Of a stretch of 64,000 nt of DNA, positions 1 to 9,242 are shown piece by piece (position 1 is the first letter of the stretch; the number at the start of each line of letters is the position of its first letter). The stretch is taken from the IMG/VR virus record IMGVR_UViG_3300015607_005478, one strand, 5' to 3'. Below the pieces are notes generated by a model. It saw only the letters and a list, made by a program, of their open reading frames with translations. It did not search any database and was not told where the DNA came from. Position numbers and translations under genes: made by a program. The DNA is from an uncultured virus (IMG/VR IMGVR_UViG_3300015607_005478) (lineage: Duplodnaviria; Heunggongvirae; Uroviricota; Caudoviricetes).

Positions 1-492
1 ATCGAGCTGGTCGAGGCGATCTCGGCCTGTGCCTTGGATGTCGAACCAGGCCGTCGCCTTGTTATCGCTCGCCTCGGGGTAACACTCCGGCGGAATCCCG
101 CCATACATGTTCGCCGTGACGTACGGGAAGGTCGCCTCGGTGCAGATGCCGATCTTTCCGACGCGCTCGGCTGCGAGGTACGGGTACGTGCCAGAGTCCT
201 GTCCCTCGGTGTGCATCGCCAGACGGCAGAGGCGATAGAGGAACATGCGTGAGAGCATCGTGGTCTTGTCGCCCTGGAGCTCGAGGACGATGTTCATCAC
301 GCCTGTCAGTGCGTTCGCTACGCACGAGCCCCACATCCCCTGGTCGTAGACCGGAAGCTTCGTGGGGATGTCGTAGTCGCCGATGGAGCTCGCCGCCCGC
401 GCGGAGAACACGCCCATCACGCCTTCGAAGGCGCGACGCTTGTAGCCCTCGGGGAGCTCTTCGGGATCTGGGTGCCAACCGGCGAGCGTCAT
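1..492 (-). CDS. Papain-like (C1) cysteine peptidase, truncated by the left window edge
   Basis: Not in the ORF track. Manual translation from ATG 492: MTLAGWHPD...PVYDQGMWGSCVANA...LSRMFLY...DSGTYP...GICTEATFPY, the oxyanion Gln and catalytic Cys context of C1 peptidases. Start overlaps the upstream stop (ATGA). Confidence 0.85.
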   Translation of the reverse strand, partial: MTLAGWHPDPEELPEGYKRRAFEGVMGVFSARAASSIGDYDIPTKLPVYDQGMWGSCVANALTGVMNIVLELQGDKTTMLSRMFLYRLCRLAMHTEGQDSGTYPYLAAERVGKIGICTEATFPYVTANMYGGIPPECYPEASDNKATAWFDIQGTGRDRLDQLD

Positions 493-788
493 GACCGACA
501 TTGTGAAACTCCTACGCAGTCGACCGCGCGCGTAATGCATTCGGTCTTCATGTCGACGCCGTTGTTGATGTTCTCGTGGCAGATGTCTCGCCACGGTTTG
601 TCGTGCATGTTGGGGCCGCCAATGAGGCGACCACGGCGATCCTTGCATTCGAGATCCAGCAAGCGCTTCTCAGCGGTCTCGCAGGACTCGCCACCAGGAG
701 CCGGTGGAGGAGGTGGCGGCTTCGGCTCAGGTGTTGCCGGGCAGCCTAGAAGAACAGCAGGTAGAACGAGCAGCAGGAGCTTGCGCAT
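489..788 (-). CDS. Small Cys/Pro-rich lipoprotein
   Basis: Signal peptide with lipobox (MRKLLLLVLPAVLLG-C), poly-Pro linker, six further Cys. TAGAAT lies 7 nt upstream of the ATG. Confidence 0.8.
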   Translation of the reverse strand: MRKLLLLVLPAVLLGCPATPEPKPPPPPPAPGGESCETAEKRLLDLECKDRRGRLIGGPNMHDKPWRDICHENINNGVDMKTECITRAVDCVGVSQCRS

Positions 789-870
789 GCTCGAGATTCT
801 ACAGACTCGTTGTTCTTCCGCTAGATCGGGAATAACAACCGAGGGGCCCCTTACTACTACTGGAGGTGTT

Positions 871-1083
871 ATGCGAGAGGTTGTTGCAGGGTTCGGTCTT
901 GCCGCACCCTGTGTTCTTTTTGCGGCCTTATTTTCAGGGCCTGGCTCCGTTCGTTTGTTTCTTGTAGTGGCTGGCCTTCTCTGCCTTGTGAGCTGGTTGA
1001 CTTCCGAGAGCAGGGTAGTACTTCTTCTATTTCCGCCAATTCAATCGCCCGAAAAGGGCCAAGGCAAACGGAGACGACGATGA
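871..1083 (+). CDS. Small membrane protein
   Basis: GGAGG before ATG 871; two hydrophobic segments and a basic C-terminus. Confidence 0.55.
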   Translation: MREVVAGFGLAAPCVLFAALFSGPGSVRLFLVVAGLLCLVSWLTSESRVVLLLFPPIQSPEKGQGKRRRR

Positions 1084-1874
1084 ATTACGCAAAGCTCACG
1101 GTCGATGGCTTCAAGGCCCGACTCGAGGCTGGTGACTACCAGGGCCTGACGGGAGCGCGCCGTGCGATCGGCAAGGTGCAAGGATGGACCGAGAAGGATC
1201 GCAACGCCGCGCGGAAGCTCGCCGATGAGTACTTCGCGAAGCAAGGCGATGGCGGCAAGGGCCTGCCGAAGAAGGCCGCCTCCTCGAAGCCGATTCCGAA
1301 GAAGGCCGCGGCCAAGAAACCCGCGGCCGCGAAGCCGGCACCGGCCGCCCCGGAACCGAAGCCCGCTCCGAAGAAAGCTGCTCCGAAGAAAGCGGCATCT
1401 TCTCGTACAGCCGCGCCGGCAGAGACTCCCCGCGCCACCGAGCGCGCGCCGCAGATCACGCCGGCCGCCATTCAACCGGCACCGGCCGCCTATGAAGACG
1501 GCGTTCGCGCGAACGCAGCAGCGACGGTCATTCAGGTGATGCGCGGTACGGGTCCGCTCTCGCCGCTCGAGCAACGCACGTATCACGTTGCGATGGAGGA
1601 GTTCTTCCTCAGCGCGCGCGAGGCTGCGCGGCGCGCCGTCGAGGTGGCGAACAACGGGGTGCCTGTCGTGACGACGCCTCCGACGCACATCGCGCAGCCC
1701 GAACATGTCGTCGCGCCGATCGGTAGCGTTCCGCGTATCCCGCTTCAGACGCAGCCGAATGGTACCGCTGAGGGCCTCACGCCCGAGCAGCAACAGCAGT
1801 TCGAGCGCCTCAAGCAGGGCGCGGTTGCCGTTCCGGCCATTCTCGGCACCACGCCTCCGGACACGCAGTCCTAA
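1080..1874 (+). CDS. Protein with histone H1-like Lys/Ala/Pro-rich region
   Basis: Repeated PKKAA/AKKPAA stretches; start overlaps previous stop. Confidence 0.7.
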   Translation: MNYAKLTVDGFKARLEAGDYQGLTGARRAIGKVQGWTEKDRNAARKLADEYFAKQGDGGKGLPKKAASSKPIPKKAAAKKPAAAKPAPAAPEPKPAPKKAAPKKAASSRTAAPAETPRATERAPQITPAAIQPAPAAYEDGVRANAAATVIQVMRGTGPLSPLEQRTYHVAMEEFFLSAREAARRAVEVANNGVPVVTTPPTHIAQPEHVVAPIGSVPRIPLQTQPNGTAEGLTPEQQQQFERLKQGAVAVPAILGTTPPDTQS

Positions 1875-2329
1875 TTACGAGCAGGCTTCCACAGGAGACC
1901 AACGCACTCCGCGTTGTCCTGTACGGCCGGTTCACAGCAGACGGTCACGTCTCCATGGCGCTCGAGTCTCATTACCCAGGCTCGGGCGCCGTGGCGCGTT
2001 TCGAAGAGAACGCGGATGTCGTCGAGCCCAGGGAGAACAAGAAGAAGGCCATAGGCTTTCGTTCTTTTGACCATGCCCTGCAGTATGTCGTAGCGCTGCA
2101 TAGCGGTGAGCTGCGGAAGACGACACAAGACCGCGCGATCGATGACACTTCCATCGTCACCACGAACGCCGTCTTCGGGCCAGGCGATGACGCACGGTTC
2201 GACGTGCTGTGCTCTCCTCCACTCCCCCCTTACTTCTTCAACGATGGTGGCCGCGCGCTCTTGCAAGTCGCGATGGATAAAGTACTCTGAGGAAATGTCT
2301 TCACGACCGAAAGGATTCGGAGATGCCAC
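1871..2329 (-). CDS. Hypothetical protein
   Basis: 152-aa ORF with globular composition; start uncertain (GTG overlaps the HNH start). Confidence 0.6.
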   Translation of the reverse strand: MASPNPFGREDISSEYFIHRDLQERAATIVEEVRGEWRRAQHVEPCVIAWPEDGVRGDDGSVIDRAVLCRLPQLTAMQRYDILQGMVKRTKAYGLLLVLPGLDDIRVLFETRHGARAWVMRLERHGDVTVCCEPAVQDNAECVGLLWKPARN

Positions 2330-2943
2330 TTCAAGACCTCACTGGTTGTACTTTCGGTCGTCTCGTTGTCCAGCGCCGGATTGCTAGCCTAGGTGGCGCG
2401 CGAACTTGGGAGTGTCGTTGCAGTTGTGGGCACCAAAAGACCGTGCGAAGTGCGGACCTGACTTCGGGCAAGGTACGCTCGTGCGGATGTCTTGGCAAAG
2501 AGCGTCGGCGCAGCCTCACTACGCGGCACGGTCACAACAAGAACAATAACGAGCGAACACCAGAGTACAACAGTTGGCGCGGTATGCTCGGCCGATGCTT
2601 GTACCCTAAAAACAAAAAGTACGCTGATTATGGCGGCCGCGGCATTATCGTTTGCGAACGCTGGAGGAAGTTCGAGAACTTCCTGGCAGATATGGGCTGC
2701 AAGCCAACACCGCGGCACACGCTCGACCGCAAGGACAACGACGGCGATTACACACCTGAGAATTGCTGCTGGGCCACGCGGGCCACGCAGTCGCGTAACA
2801 CACGTCGCACGCGCTGGGTCACACATGCCGGGCGCACGCAATGCTTACAGGATTGGGCAAATGAGTTGGGGATTCCGCCGGGGACTCTCTCTAGTCGTCT
2901 CGATAGAGGCTGGTCTATCGGGGAGGCGCTCGACCGTGTCTAG
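2323..2943 (+). CDS. HNH-type homing endonuclease
   Basis: DLTG-FGRL, WECRCSCG, SCGC, YGGRGIIVCERW, TLDRKDNDGDYTPENCCWAT motifs. Confidence 0.85.
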   Translation: MPLQDLTGCTFGRLVVQRRIASLGGARTWECRCSCGHQKTVRSADLTSGKVRSCGCLGKERRRSLTTRHGHNKNNNERTPEYNSWRGMLGRCLYPKNKKYADYGGRGIIVCERWRKFENFLADMGCKPTPRHTLDRKDNDGDYTPENCCWATRATQSRNTRRTRWVTHAGRTQCLQDWANELGIPPGTLSSRLDRGWSIGEALDRV

Positions 2944-3256
2944 AGCTCTTGTTCTCATGCAACAACTTCGGGCTCAGCTCGAGCCCTGGCATCGAGCCAT
3001 CAAACGTGGTGTTGGAGCTACCGAGATAGAGGTCATCCCGATGCCGCAAGATCGTGGTGAGTTCATCTTGAAGGTGACGTGGAGAACGCCGAATGGAGAG
3101 CGCGTGCAGCGCACGTACGAGCGGCTGTTCTCTCAAGAGTTCGTCTTTGGACGAACGTATGGGGGCGACCCGCTCGCCCTCGCCGTGCAGAAACGCGCGT
3201 GCGATTACGCGCGAGACTTCATGCGCGAAGTCCTCAACATGCGAGGCGCACTATGA
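2936..3256 (+). CDS. Hypothetical protein
   Basis: GTG start with GGAGG supplied by the HNH 3' end; coupled to the next gene. Confidence 0.6.
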   Translation: MSRALVLMQQLRAQLEPWHRAIKRGVGATEIEVIPMPQDRGEFILKVTWRTPNGERVQRTYERLFSQEFVFGRTYGGDPLALAVQKRACDYARDFMREVLNMRGAL

Positions 3257-3537
3257 GCGATCCGGTCAACAAAGAAGACTTGAAGAAGCCAATCGATGCC
3301 CTCCGTGCAGCGGGCAAGACCTTTGGCGACATGATGATGGCGCTCGGCTCTCGGCGTCTTTTGGCGAAGGGTGTTCACCTCGAGGTTGTTCGAAAAAAAC
3401 TCGAGTCGCAGACGCTCACGGACGAAGCGCTGGAGCGCTTGGCCGCGGATGGCTTCGAGGCAGCGTGCCTCGCGCTTCGCGCTGCCGGCGATGAAGATGT
3501 TTCCGTCTTCGAATGCGGAAAGGACCCAATGCTATGA
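3253..3537 (+). CDS. Hypothetical protein
   Basis: ATGA overlaps at both ends (MSDPVNKEDL...). Confidence 0.6.
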   Translation: MSDPVNKEDLKKPIDALRAAGKTFGDMMMALGSRRLLAKGVHLEVVRKKLESQTLTDEALERLAADGFEAACLALRAAGDEDVSVFECGKDPML

Positions 3538-4061
3538 GCCGACCCAGCTTCCACAACATCTACATGCGTCTCGCCGAGCTGATGAGCGAGCGCTCGACGT
3601 GCGAACGCACGAACTCTTCTGGCCAGCTCATGCAGGTGGGCTGCGCGATCGTAAGTACGGACTTCAGGCGAGTGTTCTCGATTGGATACAACGGGAACGC
3701 CTCCGGCCTGCCGAACGCGTGTGACTCGAACGAGCCAGGCAAGTGTGGCTGCATTCATGCTGAGGCGAACGCCATCGTCAGTTGCGCTGCCGATCGCGAC
3801 GAGCCGAAGATTGTGTTCTGCACGCATCTTCCGTGCGTCGCATGCGCGAAGCTGATCATTCAGCTTGGTGGTGTGCGTGAGGTGTACTATCGCCGCGACT
3901 ACCGCCTCAAAGATTCGTTGATGCTCTTCTCGCATCCTAAGGTCGAAATCGCAGTTGGACACCTCTTCGACCACGACGTAGAGAAGGATGAGGCACAGCG
4001 CGTAGCGGCTGAAGCCTGCACCGAGTGGATGCTCCAGCAAAAGGATCGGGCGACGGCATGA
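3534..4061 (+). CDS. dCMP deaminase family protein
   Basis: RSTC, VGCAIV, GYNG, HAEANA and PCVAC zinc-deaminase motifs. Confidence 0.9.
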   Translation: MSRPSFHNIYMRLAELMSERSTCERTNSSGQLMQVGCAIVSTDFRRVFSIGYNGNASGLPNACDSNEPGKCGCIHAEANAIVSCAADRDEPKIVFCTHLPCVACAKLIIQLGGVREVYYRRDYRLKDSLMLFSHPKVEIAVGHLFDHDVEKDEAQRVAAEACTEWMLQQKDRATA

Positions 4062-4924
4062 TCGTTGGTATCTGTGGTGAGGCTGGAAGCGGCAAGGACG
4101 CGACGGCGGACTTCTTGGTAAAGAGCCACGGGTTCTCGAAGATTGCTTTGGCTGACCCGCTGAAGCGCATCTGCCAGAACGTCTACGGCTTCAGTGATGA
4201 TCAGCTTTGGGGCCCGAGCTGGCAGCGCAACAAACCCGATCGCCGCTGGGAGCACGGTGCGCAGGGCTACCGCGATGCCGCTCTGCGCGAGTTCGGCAAC
4301 GGCCAGGGGCGCGCACAAAAACTTCTCGCCGAGGGGCAGGACTGGCAGCGTGACACGATTGTCGAGACGCTATTCCAGACGGCGGCACTTTACGCGTCGG
4401 AGGGTTGGCTTACGCCACGCTTTGCGCTTCAGCGCCTCGGCACGGAGTGGGGGCGCACGTGCTCGCCGAATACGTGGACGAGTTACGCGTTGCGTGTCTG
4501 CGATCAACTGCAGACCGGCGACTATATCTACGATGCCCGCGGCGGCGTTCGTCCCCTCGTAGGCGTCGGCGATCTGATGCACGGCAAAACGGACGTCATC
4601 ATCAGCGACCTGCGGTATAAGCACGAGATCGAAGAGGTGCGCGCCGCCGGCGGGAAAGTTGTACGCATCGTTCGGAAAGAACGTCCGGCGACACCCGCGG
4701 TGAACGACACGCTCAAAACTGTTCCCGGTGATCTCTGGGAGCTTCTCGAAAACGGGGAGTTCTGGAAGACGCTCAACGCTACCACCGCTACACATTCCAG
4801 CGAGACGGAGCAGAAGACCCTCCCCGACGAGCTCTTCGACCATCACATCATCAACGGCGGAAATGACCTGAGCCTCCTCGAGGCGACGGTTGCGGGCTTG
4901 GCTGAGACGCTCCGGTCCACGTAG
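4058..4924 (+). CDS. Deoxynucleoside monophosphate kinase (T4 gp1-like)
   Basis: IVGICGEAGSGKD P-loop, ALADPLK, PRFALQRLGTEWGR, IISDLRY, HSSE motifs. Confidence 0.9.
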   Translation: MIVGICGEAGSGKDATADFLVKSHGFSKIALADPLKRICQNVYGFSDDQLWGPSWQRNKPDRRWEHGAQGYRDAALREFGNGQGRAQKLLAEGQDWQRDTIVETLFQTAALYASEGWLTPRFALQRLGTEWGRTCSPNTWTSYALRVCDQLQTGDYIYDARGGVRPLVGVGDLMHGKTDVIISDLRYKHEIEEVRAAGGKVVRIVRKERPATPAVNDTLKTVPGDLWELLENGEFWKTLNATTATHSSETEQKTLPDELFDHHIINGGNDLSLLEATVAGLAETLRST

Positions 4925-4933
4925 GCTCGAGGC

Positions 4934-5332
4934 ATGGCGAACCTCACGATCACCCAAGAAGAGTACGAAGCGCTCGTCTCGCTGGCGCAGCGAGGAACGA
5001 CGAACCCAGACGGGTCCATCGATCAAGAACGGGCGCTCAATCTCAACGCCTTCTTGCGGAACATCGAGAAGGTGAACAACATCAAGCGCTATTCCCTTTG
5101 GGTGCGCTGGCAGGACCCGACCGCGCCCCTACCTGCCGGCATTCGCTTTCCGACGACCTGGCCGCCGGAGCTGCAGTACTTTATTCAGTTCCTCTCGCGG
5201 CCGGTCGGCAAGGCGGATGCGATGAAAGTCGTCAACGACCGTACACCCAACGCCGTCAACATCATGGTGACGTCGGACCCAGCGGCGCTCCTCGGGTGGA
5301 CCAAGATCGATGAAGCCTTCCCTCAGCCGTAG
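4934..5332 (+). CDS. Hypothetical protein
   Basis: 132-aa ORF with GAGG upstream. Confidence 0.65.
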   Translation: MANLTITQEEYEALVSLAQRGTTNPDGSIDQERALNLNAFLRNIEKVNNIKRYSLWVRWQDPTAPLPAGIRFPTTWPPELQYFIQFLSRPVGKADAMKVVNDRTPNAVNIMVTSDPAALLGWTKIDEAFPQP

Positions 5333-5564
5333 CGTTCACGATTCGCTCCTCTGTTCGGAGCACTACGCGAAGCGCGCGCTCGAACGCCTGGATTCCTCTA
5401 CCGAGTACCTGCGTGATGAGCTCGAGGACCACCTTGCGCGACTGCAGACTTTGCTCGGCAAGATGAATCACGATGAAGCGCTCGAGCGCGATCGTGCCTT
5501 CTTGCTCTCGGATGATCCCTTGGAGGGTATCGCTGAGTACTTGGGCAGCGACGATGATGGATGA
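5310..5564 (+). CDS. Hypothetical protein
   Basis: 84-aa acidic ORF in the operon run. Confidence 0.5.
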   Translation: MKPSLSRSVHDSLLCSEHYAKRALERLDSSTEYLRDELEDHLARLQTLLGKMNHDEALERDRAFLLSDDPLEGIAEYLGSDDDG

Positions 5565-5787
5565 CTGCACGGTCGTCACGATCACCACGCTACAAGGTGG
5601 GACGTACGAGTTTCCGGACATGCCGCGCGCGATGCTGAAGACCGTGCTCAGCTCCCCGTGGCACCAGCACGACTCGTTCATTCTGGTGAACGTCTATGGG
5701 TCCGTGCTCAGCATGCAGGCCCGCCTCATCAAGAGCATCTGGTTCGACGGCGAACTTCAAGTGAGTGGTCCTAACGCGCCGAAGTAG
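5554..5787 (+). CDS. Hypothetical protein
   Basis: MMDDCTVV... start overlaps the previous gene end. Confidence 0.5.
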   Translation: MMDDCTVVTITTLQGGTYEFPDMPRAMLKTVLSSPWHQHDSFILVNVYGSVLSMQARLIKSIWFDGELQVSGPNAPK

Positions 5788-5799
5788 TAGTCTCGTCGA

Positions 5800-6150
5800 A
5801 TGCTGCCCTGCACGAACTGCGATACGCCTGTGCCTCCCAATGAAGCCCGTTTCTTTGGAGCTGACAAAGAGAACAATCCGATGCCTCACGCGTCGGTGTT
5901 TGTTTGTCCTGCCTGCTTCGACCTCGCGATGAAGATCGTTGAGCGTGACAAGAAGCAGCTGCTGATGCTCCTGCGCCTTCAAATGGAGAACGTGCGTGTC
6001 GCTCTTGTGCAGAAGCGACTCTCCGCAACGGTCGCTCCTACTTCTGATCGGGAACTCTCGATCAAAGAAGTCATGGAGGAGACCATCCGCCTTCATGAAG
6101 CTCGCGAGAACTTCATGGAAGAACAACGAAAGAACCTGGCGCCGACGTAG
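5800..6150 (+). CDS. Zinc-ribbon protein
   Basis: CTNC...CPAC. Confidence 0.6.
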   Translation: MLPCTNCDTPVPPNEARFFGADKENNPMPHASVFVCPACFDLAMKIVERDKKQLLMLLRLQMENVRVALVQKRLSATVAPTSDRELSIKEVMEETIRLHEARENFMEEQRKNLAPT

Positions 6151-6190
6151 GTGGACAGCCCCGTCGTCGCCCGCTAAAACCGACGACCTC

Positions 6191-6820
6191 ATGCTGAACC
6201 TCACTCTTTACAAGGCCTTGGCGGTTTCTCTCATCACGCTCAAGGCGTGGATTCTCAGCACGATGCTCGCCATCGAACCGAGCTCTCCGTACAAGGAGAC
6301 GTTCGAATCGACAGCGGCAGTCTTTGCGCAGAGCGCTATCAGCAGCCCCCTCTTCTGCACCAAACAGCCCGACGGCTCTTGCTCCTTCACGGACAGCGAC
6401 AAGAAGCGGACGGCGGCTCTCTATATCTCCCTCGGTTGGTTCGAGGGGCGCTTTCAACAAGACGCGCAGGGTGATTGCGACAAGACGACGGCCAACGGCA
6501 CATGCGAGAAGGGATCGCGCGCCCACTCGTTCTGCATGTTCCAGGTCAACGAGACGAATCTGAAAGGTTTCGGTACGACGAAGGACGAGATCCTCAAGGA
6601 CTTCTCGAAGTGCGTGGCCATTGGCAATCAGATGCTGCGCAGCTCTTTCCGCGTCTGCGCGACCCAGCCGCTAACAGGGCGGCTCCGTTGGTACGCTGCC
6701 GGCGGCCCGACCTGCTCACTCAGCGCCGATGCGGGAAAGAAGAGCGAGCACCGCGTGAACAAAGCGGTATGGATCTACGACCACTTCCCGTTCCCCGAGC
6801 TCGTCGCTGACGACAACTGA
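6191..6820 (+). CDS. Putative lysozyme-fold / SLT-like muralytic protein with hydrophobic N-terminus
   Basis: Helix-E-G-R-F followed by GD...SFCMFQV resembles lytic transglycosylase motifs I and II; several Cys; N-terminal hydrophobic stretch. Confidence 0.5.
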   Translation: MLNLTLYKALAVSLITLKAWILSTMLAIEPSSPYKETFESTAAVFAQSAISSPLFCTKQPDGSCSFTDSDKKRTAALYISLGWFEGRFQQDAQGDCDKTTANGTCEKGSRAHSFCMFQVNETNLKGFGTTKDEILKDFSKCVAIGNQMLRSSFRVCATQPLTGRLRWYAAGGPTCSLSADAGKKSEHRVNKAVWIYDHFPFPELVADDN

Positions 6821-6833
6821 GCTGGACACGTCC

Positions 6834-7088
6834 ATGCCCGCCATCCACAATCCCATATTCTTCAAGTACAGCCTCGCCTGCACCTGGCCCGGGTGCACCG
6901 GAAAGGCCGAGGTCGATCAGGCGATGAGCGCTGGGTGGACGCTTCATTCCCTTGTGCCGGAAGACCCCTCACATCCAGAAGTTGGAAGGTGTCCTCGATG
7001 CCGGAGATGCATGATGAAGGTCGTGAAGGTGCCGGAGCCGCCGCCAGCACCGAAGCCCGTCGGGTGGACCAAGATCCCGACAAAGTAA
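6834..7088 (+). CDS. Small Cys-rich protein
   Basis: CTWPGC...CPRC. Confidence 0.55.
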   Translation: MPAIHNPIFFKYSLACTWPGCTGKAEVDQAMSAGWTLHSLVPEDPSHPEVGRCPRCRRCMMKVVKVPEPPPAPKPVGWTKIPTK

Positions 7089-7474
7089 GAATCGAGCTGC
7101 GCGGGGGCGGCTGGCCTGAAGCCGTCGCCCGTGTGAGGTCATCGTGGTGGAGCGGCGGGCAATATCAAACCCCGAGCGGTATCCGGTTTTGGTGGGTCAA
7201 GACCGACGCGCTCATCCTTCACCACGCCCCAACCGTCTTGGTTCTGCAGGGGATGCTTCTGCAGGACCTCTTCATGCCGGACATGTACTTCCTCGACGTG
7301 AACACGAACATCACGCTCGTCCGTGGTCCGTGGGTCTTCCTGAAAGGCCGTCTCACGGAGCGATGGGAGACGCCAATGCGCATCGATGAAGTAACGCTCG
7401 CAGCCCTCGAGCATGTGCCTGAAGGCCTGACCAAAGAACAAGTACTCGCCGAGCTCCTCGCAGCCGTCACCTGA
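7064..7474 (+). CDS. Hypothetical protein
   Basis: C-terminal part of the 6893 ORF; ends just before a terminator; start uncertain. Confidence 0.55.
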   Translation: MDQDPDKVRIELRGGGWPEAVARVRSSWWSGGQYQTPSGIRFWWVKTDALILHHAPTVLVLQGMLLQDLFMPDMYFLDVNTNITLVRGPWVFLKGRLTERWETPMRIDEVTLAALEHVPEGLTKEQVLAELLAAVT

Positions 7475-7478
7475 TAGC

Positions 7479-7510
7479 GGCGCCGGTTCTTATTGACCGG
7501 CGCCCTTTTT
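7479..7510 (+). terminator. Intrinsic terminator
   Basis: GGCGCCGGT/ACCGGCGCC stem followed by CTTTTT. Confidence 0.75.
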
Positions 7511-7545
7511 CTAGTTAGCCGTAGGAGTACAAACGTACTCCTAGA

Positions 7546-8814
7546 ATGGAGAACATGAAGCGCCCTAATCCTGAGACCGTGCAAAAGGAGTCTGCGTCGA
7601 AATCGACAACGGACTTCGGCCCGCCCATTGTTGCGGCCGGCATCACCGATCCGGCAGCCCATTCCTACGCGCGGTCGATTCAGGAGCGGCGCGGCCCGCC
7701 CAAGTTCAGCCCTCCCGTTGCCGGGGGGCCCACGGCGAACATTCCTCGTCTCGACGCGCCCGCTGCGGAAGGCCTGACGATGGCCGACCAGGGCGTGCAG
7801 CAGCGCGCAGCAGCATCTCCGCCCACGCTAGGCATGCCCCAAGGCGGCATGTTCCAGGGTGGTTTCGACATTCCTCGCGCGTCCCCACCGCAACCGCAGC
7901 AGCCCGCGGGGCTCGCACAGCCCGCGGGCATTCTTCCGACGGACACCCTCCCTCCCGAAGCGACGCACGACCCGGCCTTCCGCCAAGGGCAGGGCTCGCT
8001 GTACGCCACATCGCAGCCTGAGCTCGCGTACAAGTACGGCGTCATTCGAGGCAATCAGCGCGTGGCTCCGCAGATGCTGACGCAGCAGCGCACGCAGGGT
8101 CTTAGTCAAGGAACCATCGCCGATCTGCAGCGCATCCAAGAGCTTCAGCGCCAGCAGGCCCCTGGTGCGCCTCATCCGCTCATGGATTCGCCGGAGCAAC
8201 AGGCCGCGCGCGAGTCGGCGGCTTCGCCGGCCGGCGCTGCCGCGCGGCTTGCGGGTGGTACGGACACTGGGCCGAAGATGACGGAGGAAGAGGCGCGTGA
8301 GGCCGCGCGCAAGCTCGACGACTTCGACTTCAATGCGCTGCGCGAGCGCATGATGAAGGACATGCTCAACAACGAGGAGCAGAAGAAGCTCATCGAAGAT
8401 CGCCTCGAGCCCCTCGCCATCGATGACCTGATCATGAAGGGATACGTCGCGCAGCGCGTGCCCATCATCCCCGGCAAGTTCGAACCTACGTTCCGATCGA
8501 TGAGCGCGGAGGAAGACCTCGCCATCAAGCGCCTCATCATGCTCGAGTCGAAGCAGCTCGAGGTCAGCGACCGGTACATCCTCGACAAGTTCGCGCTCAT
8601 GAGCGTGGTGTTGGGTGTCATCGCCATCAACTCGAACCCGCTCCCCGACTACAAGGATGCGGATGGGCGCTTCAACGACGTGAAGTTCTGGGAGAAGTTC
8701 AACTTCCTGACGCGCAATTCGTTTCACATGCTCGCGAGCCTGGGCGTGAACTACTACTGGTTCGACATCCGGGTGCGCGGCCTCTTCGTCGCAAAGAACC
8801 TGGGAAATGGCTAG
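7546..8814 (+). CDS. Putative tail assembly chaperone (G-like)
   Basis: Low-complexity N-half, globular C-half; ends with slippery heptamer G GGA AAT one codon before the stop. Confidence 0.6.
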   Translation: MENMKRPNPETVQKESASKSTTDFGPPIVAAGITDPAAHSYARSIQERRGPPKFSPPVAGGPTANIPRLDAPAAEGLTMADQGVQQRAAASPPTLGMPQGGMFQGGFDIPRASPPQPQQPAGLAQPAGILPTDTLPPEATHDPAFRQGQGSLYATSQPELAYKYGVIRGNQRVAPQMLTQQRTQGLSQGTIADLQRIQELQRQQAPGAPHPLMDSPEQQAARESAASPAGAAARLAGGTDTGPKMTEEEAREAARKLDDFDFNALRERMMKDMLNNEEQKKLIEDRLEPLAIDDLIMKGYVAQRVPIIPGKFEPTFRSMSAEEDLAIKRLIMLESKQLEVSDRYILDKFALMSVVLGVIAINSNPLPDYKDADGRFNDVKFWEKFNFLTRNSFHMLASLGVNYYWFDIRVRGLFVAKNLGNG

Positions 8815-9242
8815 AGACTCCCGAAGGCTGGTCGCGAGCAACGATCTTGTTCACGACTATGCGCGAGCCACCCCCACGAGGGTCGCTTCAGGAGTCTCTT
8901 CTCATGCTGTACGTGCTCAAGAAGGAACAGGTCGAGCACGCACGGCTCCGAGCGCTCGCTCAAGCCATCGTTGAAAAGGAGAAGGGCAAAGAAGTCTTCG
9001 ACGATTACATGAAGGTGGCATTCCCCTGGCTCGAGACCACGAAGCGTCGTGAGAAGGACGACTTCATCAAGGTGCTGCAGGAGGAAGTGAAGAAGGGCTC
9101 GCTCGGTATCAAGCCGCTCTGGCAAGAGAAGATGCGTAGTCGTTTGAAGCATCGCGTGGTCGAGCGCGATGAGGCCCCGAAGAAGACGCGCGAAGAGATG
9201 AACAGCCTCTACGCGAAGCTCGGGAAGGTTATCCCTGTATGA
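8802..9242 (+). CDS. -1 frame extension of the chaperone (T-like)
   Basis: The -1 frame is open from GGG AAA TGG CTA GAG (WLETPEGWSRA...) to TGA 9242 with no clear SD-led start. Confidence 0.65.
   Translation, partial: GKWLETPEGWSRATILFTTMREPPPRGSLQESLLMLYVLKKEQVEHARLRALAQAIVEKEKGKEVFDDYMKVAFPWLETTKRREKDDFIKVLQEEVKKGSLGIKPLWQEKMRSRLKHRVVERDEAPKKTREEMNSLYAKLGKVIPV

Noticed and set aside
489..788. o-spanin call for the lipoprotein
   Set aside because: No i-spanin or endolysin is adjacent on that strand; its partner is a peptidase.
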